DNA of 64,000 bases from Meiothermus sp. GTDB taxonomy: Bacteria > Deinococcota > Deinococci > Deinococcales > Thermaceae. The stretch's first letter is position 1; every line of letters starts with the position of its first letter. The translations under genes and the position numbers were made by a program. The notes below the pieces were generated by a model that was not told the origin of the DNA, searched no databases, and saw nothing but the letters and a program-made list of their open reading frames with translations. Shown here in pieces: positions 40,429-50,869 of the stretch. Location: NCBI GenBank assembly GCA_033762915.1, contig JANRLD010000026.1:62633-126632 (forward strand). Direction: 5' to 3'.

Positions 40429-41931
40429 ATGAAACACCTCTCTACCCCCGAAATCTGGTTTGTCTGCGGCTCGCAGCACCTCTACGGCCCCGGCCCCCTC
40501 GAGCAGGTCGCCGCCAACGCCCGGGCCGTGGCCCGGGGCCTCGACGACTCCGGACAGATCCCCCTCAAGGTTGTCTTTAAAGCGCTCTTGACCACACCGG
40601 AGGAGATCTTGGGGGTGATGCGGGAAGCCAACTCGAGCCCCGAGTGCGCCGGACTGATCCTCTGGATGCACACCTTTTCGCCCTCCAAGATGTGGATCGG
40701 CGGGCTCGCTGCCTTGAAGAAACCTTTCCTACATCTGCACACCCAGTTCAACCGCGACCTGCCGTGGTCGAGCATTGACATGGACTTCATGAACCTTAAC
40801 CAGGCCGCGCACGGCGACCGCGAGGCCGGGTTCATCCACAGCCGGATGCGGCTGAACCGCAAGGTGGTGGTGGGGCACTGGTCGGACGCCGGGGTGCAGG
40901 CGCAGATGGATGCCTGGGCCCGGGCCGCCTGGGCCTGGCACGACCTGCAGGGTGCGCGCTTCGCTCGCTTCGGCGACAACATGCGGAATGTGGCGGTGAC
41001 CGAGGGCGACAAGGTGGCGGCCGAGCTGCGCTTCGGCTTCGCGGTGAACGGCTACGGGGTGGGCGACCTGGCGGCCCGGGTCGGGGCGGTTTCCGAAAAG
41101 GCCGTCGACGCGCTGGTGGCCGAGTACGACGGGACCTACAAGGTCGCCAAGGAGCTGCGCAAGGGCGGTCGGCGGCGCGAGGAGCTGAAGTACGGGGCGA
41201 GGATTGAGCTGGGCTTGCGGGCCTTCCTCGAGGAGGGTGGCTTCAAAGCCTTTACCACCACCTTCGAGGACCTGCACGGCCTGCGCCAGCTGCCCGGTCT
41301 GGCGGTGCAGCGCCTGATGGCCGAGGGCTACGGCTTCGGGGCCGAGGGCGACTGGAAAACGGCAGCGCTGCTGCGGGCCATGAAGGTGATGGGCGGCAAC
41401 CTGGGCACCTCTTTCATGGAGGACTACACCTACCACCTCGAGCCCGGCCGCCACCAGGTCCTGGGGGCGCACATGCTCGAGGTCTGCCCGACCATTGCGG
41501 CCGCCACGCCAACCCTCGAGATCCACCCGCTGGGCATCGGGGGCCGGGAGGACCCGGTGCGGCTGGTCTTCGACGCGAAGGCGGGCGACGCCCTCAATGC
41601 CTCGCTGGTGGACATGGGCAACCGCTTCCGGCTGATCGTAAACGAGGTCCGGGCGGTCAAAACGCCCAAACTCCCCAGGCTGCCAGTGGCTCGAGCGGTC
41701 TGGGAGCCCAAGCCCGACTTCAAGACTGCCTGTGCGGCCTGGATCTACGCCGGCGGGGCCCACCACACCGGCTATAGCTACACCGTGACCACCGAGATGC
41801 TCGAGGACTTCGCCGAGATGGCGGGCATCGAGCTGGTGGTCATCGACGCCGACACCAGGCTGCGCGCCCTCAAGGCCGAGCTGCGGCACAACGACCTCTA
41901 CTACGCCCTGGCCCAGGGGCTGCGGGTCTGA
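40429..41931 (+). CDS. araA: L-arabinose isomerase
   Basis: [52 protein letters not shown]. Confidence 0.97.
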   Translation: MKHLSTPEIWFVCGSQHLYGPGPLEQVAANARAVARGLDDSGQIPLKVVFKALLTTPEEILGVMREANSSPECAGLILWMHTFSPSKMWIGGLAALKKPFLHLHTQFNRDLPWSSIDMDFMNLNQAAHGDREAGFIHSRMRLNRKVVVGHWSDAGVQAQMDAWARAAWAWHDLQGARFARFGDNMRNVAVTEGDKVAAELRFGFAVNGYGVGDLAARVGAVSEKAVDALVAEYDGTYKVAKELRKGGRRREELKYGARIELGLRAFLEEGGFKAFTTTFEDLHGLRQLPGLAVQRLMAEGYGFGAEGDWKTAALLRAMKVMGGNLGTSFMEDYTYHLEPGRHQVLGAHMLEVCPTIAAATPTLEIHPLGIGGREDPVRLVFDAKAGDALNASLVDMGNRFRLIVNEVRAVKTPKLPRLPVARAVWEPKPDFKTACAAWIYAGGAHHTGYSYTVTTEMLEDFAEMAGIELVVIDADTRLRALKAELRHNDLYYALAQGLRV

Positions 41932-42016
41932 GTGGAGATGTGGGATGCGCGGCTCGAGGAATCGGTGGATGGGCGCATGGCACAGGCGCTGCCTTCCTCA
42001 CCCCGTAAACCACATC

Positions 42017-42059
42017 GCGATTGTAGGGACAGCGGGCCCATTGTCCCTACAGCAATCGC
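42017..42059. repeat. GTAG-type REP-like palindrome
   Basis: TGTAGGGACA-N10-TGTCCCTACA with outer GCGATTG/CAATCGC. Confidence 0.6.
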
Positions 42060-42123
42060 AGGTTGATCTGCCGAGCCCGGCGCAGTTTAGCGCAACTACT
42101 CCAAAACAAGAGAGGTCTTTTTG

Positions 42124-43161
42124 ATGCAAGTGGTGCGTTTACACGGCCCCAAGGATTTGCGCCTCGAGACCACCCTCGAGCCCTTGCCCCCCGGCCCTGG
42201 ACAGGTTCTGATCGCGGTGGGTGCGGTCGGGGTCTGCGGCTCGGACCTGCACATGTACGAGACCGGGAAGATCGGCACCACCGCCGTCGAGACCCCCCTG
42301 GTGCTGGGGCACGAGTTCGGCGGAACCGTTTTGCGGGTGGGACCCGGCGCCCTCGACGGCTATGCCCAGCCCCTGCGGGCCGGGCAGCGGGTGGCGGTGG
42401 ACCCACAGGTGGCCTGCGGCCACTGCCGGCAGTGCCAGGAAGGCCACCCCAACCTCTGCCCCCGCCACCGCTTTTACGGGGTCTGGCCCGACGACGGAGC
42501 TCTGCGCGGCTGGATGGTGGTCGAGTCCCGCAACTGCTTCCCGGTCCCCCAGGCCTTCAGCGACGCCACCGTGGCCCTGCTCGAGACCCTGGGCGTGGCC
42601 ATCCACGCCGTCGACCTGGGCAAGCTGCGGGTCGCCGAGGGGGTGGGGGTGATCGGCTGCGGACCGGTGGGGCTGCTGATCCTGCGGCTGGCCAAGCTTG
42701 CCGGAGCCGGCCCGCTCTACGCCTTCGACCCTCTGCCCTGGCGCAGGGAGAAGGCCCTCGAGCTGGGGGCCGACGCGGCCTTCGAGCGCGCCCCCGGCCC
42801 GGCTGCCGACCTCGACGTGGTATTCGAGGCCGCCTGGGCCAACGAGTCGGTGCAGCAGGCGGCTGAGATGGCGCGCCCCGGCGGTCGGCTTGTGCTGGTG
42901 GGGATCCCCTCTGATGACCGGCTGTACCTGCAACACTCCACCGCGCGACGCAAGGGGCTGAGCCTGATCATGGCCCGGCGCATGAAGCACACCTACCCCC
43001 GGGCCATCCGGCTGGTGGAGTCGGGGCAGGTCGATCTCGAGGGCCTGGTCAGCCACCGCTTCAGCCTCGAGCAGACCCCCCAGGCCTACGCCGCAAACGC
43101 TGCCTACACGCCCGGGCTGCTCAAGGCGGTGATCGAGGTGGCCGGGGCGACCGGGGACTAA
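42124..43161 (+). CDS. Zinc-dependent (MDR) polyol/alcohol dehydrogenase
   Basis: CGSD, GHEF, CxxCxxC...C, GCGPVG. Confidence 0.9.
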   Translation: MQVVRLHGPKDLRLETTLEPLPPGPGQVLIAVGAVGVCGSDLHMYETGKIGTTAVETPLVLGHEFGGTVLRVGPGALDGYAQPLRAGQRVAVDPQVACGHCRQCQEGHPNLCPRHRFYGVWPDDGALRGWMVVESRNCFPVPQAFSDATVALLETLGVAIHAVDLGKLRVAEGVGVIGCGPVGLLILRLAKLAGAGPLYAFDPLPWRREKALELGADAAFERAPGPAADLDVVFEAAWANESVQQAAEMARPGGRLVLVGIPSDDRLYLQHSTARRKGLSLIMARRMKHTYPRAIRLVESGQVDLEGLVSHRFSLEQTPQAYAANAAYTPGLLKAVIEVAGATGD

Positions 43162-43174
43162 CCAGGAGAGAGCC

Positions 43175-45091
43175 ATGGCAGACAGCGTTCCCTCACCTCG
43201 CCGGCGCTACCGCCCGCTCCCCCTCGGGGCGGTGGGCTTCGAGGACCAGTTCTGGGCGCCCCGCCTGCGGGCCAACCGACAGCGCGGGATTGCCTTCCAG
43301 TTCGAGCAGCTCGAGCGCATCGGGGCCGTGCAGGCTCTGGACCAGCAGCCCCGCCCGCTGGCCATCCCCTGGCGGGGCTGGGGCACCACCCAGATGTTCT
43401 GGGACTCCGACCTGGCTAAGTGGATCGAGGCCGCCAGCTACAGCCTGGCCACCTACCCCGACCCAGCCCTCGAGGCCCAGGTGGACGACCTCACCGCCAA
43501 GCTGGCCGCTGCCCAGCAGCCCGACGGCTACCTCAACACCTTCTTCACCGCCCACATGCCGGACAAGCGCTTCACCAACGAGCGCGACTGGCACGAGACC
43601 TACTGCGCCGGGCACCTGGTCGAGGCGGCGGTGGCCCACTTCGAGGCCACCGGCAAGCGGACGCTGCTCGAGGTGATGGAGCGCTACGTCGACCTTCTGG
43701 CCAGCGTCTACGGCCCCAGCGAGGGCCAGAAGCGCGGCTACCCCGGCCACGAGGAGCTCGAGCTGGCCCTGCTCAAGCTGTACCGGGCCACCGGCAAGCC
43801 GAAATACCTCGAGTTCGCCCGCTACCTCGTCGACGAGCGGGGCCGGCAGCCGCACTTCTTCGACCTCGAGGCCCTGGCCCGCGGCGACGACCCCGCGGCC
43901 TTCTTCCAGAAGACCCACGAGTACTCTCAGGCCCACAGGCCGGTGCGCGAGCAGGATAAGGTGGTGGGCCACGCGGTGCGGGCCATGTACCTCTACACCG
44001 CTATGGCCGACCTGTCCGGCGAGACTGGCGACGCGGGCCTGATGGCCGCCTGTGAGCGGCTGTGGGCCGACCTCACCACCCGGCGACTGTACGTGACCGG
44101 CGGGCTGGGCCCCTCGGCCAGCAACGAGGGCTTCACCGCCGACTACGACCTGCCCAACGAGACCGCCTACGCCGAGACCTGCGCCAGCATCGGGCTGGTC
44201 TTCTGGGCCCGGCAGATGCTCGAGGCCACCGGCCAGGGCCGCTACGCCGACCTGCTCGAGCACGCCCTGTACAACAACGTCCTGGCCGGAGTCTCGCCCG
44301 CAGGCGACCGCTACTTCTACGAGAACGTGCTCCAGAGCGCCGGCGCCGACCGGCGCTGGGAGTGGCATGTCTGTCCCTGCTGCCCGCCCAACCTGCTGCG
44401 CCTGCTGATGTCGCTGGGCCAGTACGCTTACGGCCAGGGAGAGGGCGAGATTGCGGTGCACCTCTACGCCGAGGGCCGGGCCCGGCTCGAGGTCGCGGGC
44501 TCCGCCGTCACCCTGCACCAGACCACCCGCTACCCCTGGGACGGCAGCGTGAGCCTGAAACTCGAGCTCTCTCAGCCCGCCGCTTTCACCCTGAGGCTGC
44601 GGATTCCTGGGTGGTGTGAGGGCGCTCGAGTCTTCGTCAACGACGTGGGAGTCGCGCTCGCGCCCCTGCTCGAGGACGGCTATGCCTCGCTTCACGCCCA
44701 GTGGAAGAGCGGCGACGAGGTCCGCCTCGAGCTGCCCATGCCGGCCCATTGCCTCTACGCTCACCCTGCGGTGCGGGCCGACGCCGGCCAGGTCGCCCTG
44801 CAGCGCGGCCCGATCCTCTACTGCCTCGAGGCCGCCGACAACCCCTATCCGCTCCACCAACTCATCCTCCCCGAGAACGCCGAGATCAGAGCCCGCTTGG
44901 CGCCTGACCTGCTCGGTGGGGCGGTGGTGCTGGAGGCGGAGGGCCTGCGCGAGGCCACCTCCGACTGGAATCAACAACTATACCGCAGCAGTCCGCCGAA
45001 GCTCGAGCCCGTCACCCTGCGGGCCGTCCCCTACTCCCTGTGGGCCAACCGCGAGCCCGGGGAGATGCGGGTCTGGATCCGAACCGCTTAG
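43175..45091 (+). CDS. GH127 beta-L-arabinofuranosidase
   Basis: DSDLAKWIEA, HETYCAGH, GHEE, GHAVRA, ETCAS, CPCCPPN. Confidence 0.93.
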   Translation: MADSVPSPRRRYRPLPLGAVGFEDQFWAPRLRANRQRGIAFQFEQLERIGAVQALDQQPRPLAIPWRGWGTTQMFWDSDLAKWIEAASYSLATYPDPALEAQVDDLTAKLAAAQQPDGYLNTFFTAHMPDKRFTNERDWHETYCAGHLVEAAVAHFEATGKRTLLEVMERYVDLLASVYGPSEGQKRGYPGHEELELALLKLYRATGKPKYLEFARYLVDERGRQPHFFDLEALARGDDPAAFFQKTHEYSQAHRPVREQDKVVGHAVRAMYLYTAMADLSGETGDAGLMAACERLWADLTTRRLYVTGGLGPSASNEGFTADYDLPNETAYAETCASIGLVFWARQMLEATGQGRYADLLEHALYNNVLAGVSPAGDRYFYENVLQSAGADRRWEWHVCPCCPPNLLRLLMSLGQYAYGQGEGEIAVHLYAEGRARLEVAGSAVTLHQTTRYPWDGSVSLKLELSQPAAFTLRLRIPGWCEGARVFVNDVGVALAPLLEDGYASLHAQWKSGDEVRLELPMPAHCLYAHPAVRADAGQVALQRGPILYCLEAADNPYPLHQLILPENAEIRARLAPDLLGGAVVLEAEGLREATSDWNQQLYRSSPPKLEPVTLRAVPYSLWANREPGEMRVWIRTA

Positions 45092-45277
45092 AAGCCAGAG
45101 GCCGGTGAGAAGGATGTCGAGCGTCGAGGGACGAGAGCTTAAGCCGCGGGGCGGGAGGCACGACCTGACCCGCAGTCCACCTGGTTTCTTCCCCTGACCT
45201 TGACTTCCGCTTTACCGGCCTTTTCGATCACTGCTTACCACTATCCGCAGTCCTCGCATCAAACCAGGAGAACCCCT

Positions 45278-46777
45278 ATGTCCAAGACCGCCCAGATATT
45301 CCTCGACACCCAGCGCACCATCGGCGAGATATCGCCCCTGATCTTCGGCGGCTTCGCCGAGCACATGGGGCGCTGCATCTACGAAGGCATCTACGACCCC
45401 GGCTCGCCCCACGCCGACGAGCGGGGTCTGCGCAAGGACGTGCTGGCCGCGCTAAAGGAGACCGGCTACACCGTGATGCGCTACCCAGGCGGCAACTTCG
45501 TCTCCGGCTACCGCTGGCTCGACGGCGTCGGCCCCAAGGAGAGCCGCCCGCGCCGCCGCGAAATGGCCTGGAAGTCGGTCGAGACCAACCAGTTTGGCAC
45601 CGACGAGTTTATGCAGTTCGCCCGGGAGATCGGCACCGAGCCGATGCTGGCGGTAAACCTGGGCACCGGGACTATCCAGGAGGCCGCCGACTTGGTGGAG
45701 TACTGCAACGCTGCTCCCGGCAGCCAGTTCGCCGACCTGCGGGCCAAGAACGGCCACCCCGACCCCTACGGGGTCAAGTACTGGTGCCTGGGCAACGAGA
45801 TGGACGGCCCCTGGCAGATCGGCCATTTGGAGGCCCACGAGTACGGGCGCAAGGCCCTCGAGGCTGCCAAGGTGATGCGCTGGCAGGACCCCGGGGTCAA
45901 GCTGATCGCCTGTGGCTCCTCGAGCACCTTCATGCCCACCTTCCCCGACTGGGACCGCACCGTGATGGAGCACCTCTACGACCACGTCGACTACCTCTCA
46001 CTGCACTACTACGCCAACAACCACGCCAACGACCCGCTGGACTACCTGGCCTCCACCCTGCTCTTCGAGGGGCACCTCGACACACTGGCCGCCACCCTGC
46101 GCTACGTCAAGAGCAAGCTGCGCTCCAAGCGCGAGGTCTACCTGAGCTGGGACGAGTGGAACGTCTGGTACAAGAACATGGAGATGGACGGCCGCTGGAC
46201 CGAGGCCCCCCACCTGATCGAGGAGGTCTACAACCTCGAGGACGCGCTGGTAGTGGCGCAGTGGCTGTCGGTCTTCCTGCGCCGGGCCGATGTGCTCAAG
46301 GTGGCCTGCATCGCCCAGATCGTCAACGTGATCGCCCCGCTGCTGACCACCAAGGACCAGACCCTCAGGCAGAGCATCTTCTACCCCCTGACCCTGTTCT
46401 CCAACCACGCGCGCGGCAACGCGCTTGACGTGAAGGTCAGCTCGCCGCGCTACGCCACCACCTCCTACGGCGAGCAGCCCCTGCTTGACGTCTCAGCCAG
46501 TCACGACCCGGCCAGCGGCCGGGGGGCGGTCTTCATCGTCAACCGCTCGCTGACCGAGACCCTCGAGGCCGAGCTGGTCTGGCAGGAGGGTGCCCCTCAG
46601 GGGATCACGGCCGTCCACCAGCTCAGCGGCACCGACCTCAAGGCCGCCAACAGCTTCGAGAACCCCGGTGCGGTGGTCTCGAGGCCCATCCCGAGTGTGC
46701 CCATCAACAGCGCCACCGCCAAGCTCAGTGTCCCGCCGCTCTCCTTTACCACCGTCATCACGCAGGGCCGGTCCTAG
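45278..46777 (+). CDS. abfA: GH51 alpha-L-arabinofuranosidase
   Basis: [46 protein letters not shown]. Confidence 0.95.
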   Translation: MSKTAQIFLDTQRTIGEISPLIFGGFAEHMGRCIYEGIYDPGSPHADERGLRKDVLAALKETGYTVMRYPGGNFVSGYRWLDGVGPKESRPRRREMAWKSVETNQFGTDEFMQFAREIGTEPMLAVNLGTGTIQEAADLVEYCNAAPGSQFADLRAKNGHPDPYGVKYWCLGNEMDGPWQIGHLEAHEYGRKALEAAKVMRWQDPGVKLIACGSSSTFMPTFPDWDRTVMEHLYDHVDYLSLHYYANNHANDPLDYLASTLLFEGHLDTLAATLRYVKSKLRSKREVYLSWDEWNVWYKNMEMDGRWTEAPHLIEEVYNLEDALVVAQWLSVFLRRADVLKVACIAQIVNVIAPLLTTKDQTLRQSIFYPLTLFSNHARGNALDVKVSSPRYATTSYGEQPLLDVSASHDPASGRGAVFIVNRSLTETLEAELVWQEGAPQGITAVHQLSGTDLKAANSFENPGAVVSRPIPSVPINSATAKLSVPPLSFTTVITQGRS

Positions 46778-47031
46778 CCCCGGTCCCGCTTCGCCAGCTT
46801 CTTCCTAGCCCGCAGCAGTATCGCGCGCCTGATGCCGGGGCGCGGGACGTCGTAGGCTGCCAGCCTCAGCTCCTCGCTCAGCCAACGGCGGGCGGCTTTC
46901 GTGTCGTCCAGCGGGACGGGCTGGGGCGGCGCGGGCGGGGCCTCGAGCTTCCCGGCCAGCTCGGACGGCCTCGAGCGCCGCTCGGCTTTCTGCAGTTCCA
47001 GCCACTCCTCACGGGTCAGCGTCTTCCCCAT
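46774..47031 (-). CDS. Small basic hypothetical protein
   Basis: 85-aa ORF with host-like codons, last of the minus-strand run. Confidence 0.55.
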   Translation of the reverse strand: MGKTLTREEWLELQKAERRSRPSELAGKLEAPPAPPQPVPLDDTKAARRWLSEELRLAAYDVPRPGIRRAILLRARKKLAKRDRG

Positions 47032-47563
47032 GCCCAGAGCTTGTCCGCCCCTGCTGATTCAAGGCTGACAACCCGCTGACTCGGGCGACGGGCGTCAGGC
47101 TCGCCTCGGCCAGGTACCGTTCAAGCTGGGCTACCCTCGAGCGGCGGTCGAACAGCTTGTACAGTGTCAGCCAGTCCTCGGGTGTCATCCACGGAAGGCC
47201 ATCTCTCCGCGCCACACGGGCGTGGTCGAACGTCCACGAGACCACGCCGCCCTCCGAGGCCACCCGGATACCCGCCATCAGGTCCAGACCGGTGCCATCC
47301 GACGCTATAAACCGGGCGAAGTGGGCGGTCTGAAAGCTGGGGTGGTCGGGCTGAGGCACAGGCTCGAGCAGGGCGGTGAGCCGCCGGCCAATCAGGGGAA
47401 AGTGCTCAACAGTGGTAAGCAGATCAAGATCGGTGGGATTAGGCTCAAGGCCGAGGGTGTACAGCAGGGTGCTGCCCCCGATGGCCCACTCGAGCCCCTC
47501 GAGGTACGGCTCGATCTGGTAGGCCAGCCTGACGGGGGGCGGGTTCACCTCAGCCTCCATCAT
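47009..47563 (-). CDS. Nucleotidyltransferase-fold hypothetical protein
   Basis: WAIGGS...TDLDL (GS-DxD) motif and a later LDLM. Confidence 0.7.
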   Translation of the reverse strand: MMEAEVNPPPVRLAYQIEPYLEGLEWAIGGSTLLYTLGLEPNPTDLDLLTTVEHFPLIGRRLTALLEPVPQPDHPSFQTAHFARFIASDGTGLDLMAGIRVASEGGVVSWTFDHARVARRDGLPWMTPEDWLTLYKLFDRRSRVAQLERYLAEASLTPVARVSGLSALNQQGRTSSGHGEDADP

Positions 47564-48792
47564 GCGGGTACCAAACTGTACAAAAAACTCCGGCTGAACG
47601 GCCGGTCGGCCAGCAGGGCATTAACCTCCTCCAGCCCCACCGCCGCCACCTTCGCGGCGGTCTCGCTCAGCGGCTCGTAGCTCTGGCGGTAGAGGTAGCT
47701 GTTGCCCAGGCTCATCAGGCGCTGCATGGGGGTCTCGCCCGCGAAGACCAGGGCGGTGGCCAGACGGTTCTTGGCCCGGTCCAGCTCGGCCTGGGTGACG
47801 CCGTGGGCCTCGAGGCGGTCCAACTCCTCCCGGATGATCCGCTTCACCTCCGCCTCGTTGGCGGGGTCGGTCTGGGCGTAGACGTAGAACAGGCCCGCCC
47901 CGTCGGAGTCGTCGGCCCCGGCGCTCACCGACTCCACCAGGCCCCGGTCGGCCAGTGCCCAGTGCAGGCGGCTGTTGTCCTCCTCGCCCAGGATGCTCAT
48001 CAGCAGGCTGGCAGCGTAGCGGCGGGGGTTCTGGGCCGAGACGCCCTCGGCCAGCAGGGCCATGTAGACCTGGGTGGCCTGGGCGTAGGGCTGGCGGTGC
48101 TCGCCCGACAGGGGCCTCAGTTCGGGGTAGCTGCGCGAGACAGGGTAGTCCCGCCAGTCGGCGGTGAGGGCCTGGAGCTGGGAAAGCGTCGCCTCCCAGT
48201 CGACCCGGCCCGCCAGTGCCAGCACCAGATTCGAAGGGGCGTAGCGCCGGGCCTGATAGTCGCGCATCTGCTCGAGGCTAAGGGCGGTGATGCTGTCCTC
48301 CGTCCCCAGCACGCTGTTGCCCAGCGGGTGGGCCCCGAAGAACTTTTCCTTGGCCCAGTCGAAGAGCATCGAGGAAGGGCGGTCGAGGTACATCTCGATC
48401 TCCTCGAGGATCACGCTCTTCTCGGTTTCGAAGTCCTCTGGGCGCAGCGCCGGGCGCATCAGGGCCGTCCACAGCTCCAAGAGCTGGGGAGCGAACTCGG
48501 GCAGCACCGCGCCGTAGTAGACGGTCGATTCCTCGGAGGTGTAGGCGTTGTAGTTGGCCCCTAGGTCGTCAAAGAGCAGGTTGACCTCGAGGCCGTCCAG
48601 GCGGTCGGTGCCCTTGAACAGCATGTGCTCGAGGAAGTGCGAGACGCCCGCCACCTCGGGCGTCTCGTCGCGGCTGCCGGTCTTGACGAAATACCCCAGG
48701 GCAGCGCTCTTGGCCTCGGGGTTGACCTCGGCCACCACGGTAAGGCCGTTCTCGAGGCGGACTTGTTTGAACTCTACGGCGGTTTGGCTCAT
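47560..48792 (-). CDS. M16 (pitrilysin) family metallopeptidase
   Basis: GSRDE, HFLEH (HxxEH), NAYTS, EKSVILEE. Confidence 0.93.
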   Translation of the reverse strand: MSQTAVEFKQVRLENGLTVVAEVNPEAKSAALGYFVKTGSRDETPEVAGVSHFLEHMLFKGTDRLDGLEVNLLFDDLGANYNAYTSEESTVYYGAVLPEFAPQLLELWTALMRPALRPEDFETEKSVILEEIEMYLDRPSSMLFDWAKEKFFGAHPLGNSVLGTEDSITALSLEQMRDYQARRYAPSNLVLALAGRVDWEATLSQLQALTADWRDYPVSRSYPELRPLSGEHRQPYAQATQVYMALLAEGVSAQNPRRYAASLLMSILGEEDNSRLHWALADRGLVESVSAGADDSDGAGLFYVYAQTDPANEAEVKRIIREELDRLEAHGVTQAELDRAKNRLATALVFAGETPMQRLMSLGNSYLYRQSYEPLSETAAKVAAVGLEEVNALLADRPFSRSFLYSLVPA

Positions 48793-49207
48793 GGGTTCCT
48801 TAAGGGCTCAGGCGACGGGGACAGAGGGAAGGTGCGCGGGCCGCTCGAGGCCGCGCCGTGTAGAGCAGAATACGCCGGCAGGATGATTTTTTGATAGCCC
48901 GGGGTTTTGCCTGGTGCAGACCAAGGGCGCCCCAGCCCCTGGGCTGCGCCGCAGGGGAAGCGGCCCGCGGGCAAGGCCTCACAGAGGGTTGGGAAGGGGG
49001 ATGCACGAAGAGACCCAGCGCCAAGCGCCAAGCGCTTCCAACCTCGACCCGGCCTTCCTCCGCCTTGTTCTGACCCTCGAATGCACTCATAGCGCGTCCC
49101 ACCCTTACGGCGAAGCGCGGAGCCGCAATGTACCCGGTGCGGCAAACGCCGCCGTACCGGGTATTGGTGGGAACCGCTCTCAAATCCCCTGCAACTCGAG
49201 CCAAACC

Positions 49208-49235
49208 AAAGACGCCGCAGCAATGCGGCGTCTTT
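49208..49235. terminator. Intrinsic terminator (probably for the minus-strand epimerase operon)
   Basis: AAAGACGCCGCA-gcaa-TGCGGCGTCTTT perfect inverted repeat 21 nt past the stop at 49257. Confidence 0.75.
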
Positions 49236-49256
49236 CCTGTCTTCTGTTCCTCAGCT

Positions 49257-50843
49257 TCAAGCCTTAGCGACCGGGCGTTCTTCGGCAGGGGCGGTATAGG
49301 TTTTCTCGATCATCTCCTTCTCCCAGCCGGTGTAGTACTGCTTCACACTGTCGGAGGAGGCTTCCTCGGTGAGGTACTTGACGTTGGAGTACATGGCGCT
49401 GCGGTAGTCGGTCACCTTGCCGCTTCGCAGCGCGTCGATCACCTGCTGCACGCCGCGCTCGACCGTCCAGCGGGGCTGGAAGCCCAGAAGGTTCTTGATC
49501 TTGGAGAAGTCCACGCGGTAGTTGCGGCGGTCGCCGTCGCGGCCCGAGTCGATCAGCTCGGCGTCGGGAACCAGCTTCTTGACCAACTCGCCGACCATCC
49601 CGAGGGTCATGTTGCCGTCGTTGCCCCCGACGTTGAAGGTCTCGTTGTGGACGCGCTCCTTGGGGGCCTCCACGGCCAGCATCACCGCCAGCGAGGCGTC
49701 GTCGACGTGGACGAAGGGCCGCCACTGGTCGCCGCCGAAGACGGTGATCTTCTTGTCCACCACCGCCTTGGCGGTGAGCAAGTTCACCACCAGGTCGAAG
49801 CGGGTCCGGCCCGAGAGGCCGAAGATGGTGCCGAAGCGCAGGTTAACCACCGAGAAGTCGTCGGACTGGAGCTTTTGCAGAACCTGCTCCGAGGCGATCT
49901 TGCTTCGGGCGTAGAGCGAGACCGGGTTGAGGCTGCTGCGCTCGTTGAGCACCATGTCGCTGGCCCCGTAGACCGAGCAGGTGCTGGCGAAGACAAAGCG
50001 CTTGACCCCCAGGCCCTTGGCGATCTCAGCGATGACGCGGGTGGCCACCAGGTTGATCTCGATGGTGAGGTTCTCGTCCAGGGCACAGGCGGGGTCGCCC
50101 ACCAAGCCGCCGAGGTGCACCACCGTCTCGACGCCGTGCATGGCCTGAACCACCTTGTCTACCTGGCGGAAGTCAGCCTGGATGACCTCGAGGTTGGGGT
50201 GGCCCAGCACGCCCGCTATGGGCTCGTGGCCGAACATCAGGAGGTCGAGAAGGCGCACCTTATAGCCCTTCTCAAGGAGCCGCGGCAGAAGGCCGGAACC
50301 CACGTAGCCCGCCCCCCCAATCACCAGCACGGTCTTCTGGTTGCTGACCACGGCGGAGATGGGGTCGGACTTGGCAGCCTCGGCCTCGAGGCGCTCGCGC
50401 CGCTTGACCTCGATGTTCCACATCAGGTGAACCCAGGCCCGACTGCTCAGGGTCAGGGCCAGGGTGAAGAACAGCGCGATAAAGACCGCCTCGCGGGGCG
50501 GGGAGATCAGGCCGGGGATGAGGAAGGCTGCAAAGCCTACCAGCAGGTAGCTCATCAGCACCGCCTGGGCCACGATCAGCATTTTGTAGCGGCCCCGGTA
50601 GACCCGGCTTTTGGTGTAGAAACCGTTGAGGGCGAACACCCCGAAGCTAACAGCCAACAGCACCCACCCTGACTGGACGAAGGTCTGCGCATAGCTGGCG
50701 AGTTGCACCTGAGCGCCCCCCTGAGAGGCCCAGGCGAAATGCACCAGCAGAGCAGCGGCGTAACTGACGGCAACCATCAGCAGGTCGGCGAAGACGCGCA
50801 GGAGTACATCGGGAGTAAGTCGGAAGTTGCTGAGATGGTTCAT
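49257..50843 (-). CDS. NAD-dependent nucleotide-sugar epimerase/dehydratase with N-terminal 4-TM domain
   Basis: GGAGYVG, FASTCSVYG, YARSK (YxxxK), WRPFVHV. Hydrophobic N-terminus of about 140 aa. Confidence 0.88.
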   Translation of the reverse strand: MNHLSNFRLTPDVLLRVFADLLMVAVSYAAALLVHFAWASQGGAQVQLASYAQTFVQSGWVLLAVSFGVFALNGFYTKSRVYRGRYKMLIVAQAVLMSYLLVGFAAFLIPGLISPPREAVFIALFFTLALTLSSRAWVHLMWNIEVKRRERLEAEAAKSDPISAVVSNQKTVLVIGGAGYVGSGLLPRLLEKGYKVRLLDLLMFGHEPIAGVLGHPNLEVIQADFRQVDKVVQAMHGVETVVHLGGLVGDPACALDENLTIEINLVATRVIAEIAKGLGVKRFVFASTCSVYGASDMVLNERSSLNPVSLYARSKIASEQVLQKLQSDDFSVVNLRFGTIFGLSGRTRFDLVVNLLTAKAVVDKKITVFGGDQWRPFVHVDDASLAVMLAVEAPKERVHNETFNVGGNDGNMTLGMVGELVKKLVPDAELIDSGRDGDRRNYRVDFSKIKNLLGFQPRWTVERGVQQVIDALRSGKVTDYRSAMYSNVKYLTEEASSDSVKQYYTGWEKEMIEKTYTAPAEERPVAKA

Positions 50844-50869
50844 TAGCCTGCCCTCCAAATCGGTTTTCT

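Noticed and set aside
48789..49267. Short ORFs, or SRP/RNase P RNA, in the M16-epimerase gap
   Set aside because: The ORFs have no motifs and atypical composition. The conserved SRP and RNase P signature sequences are absent.
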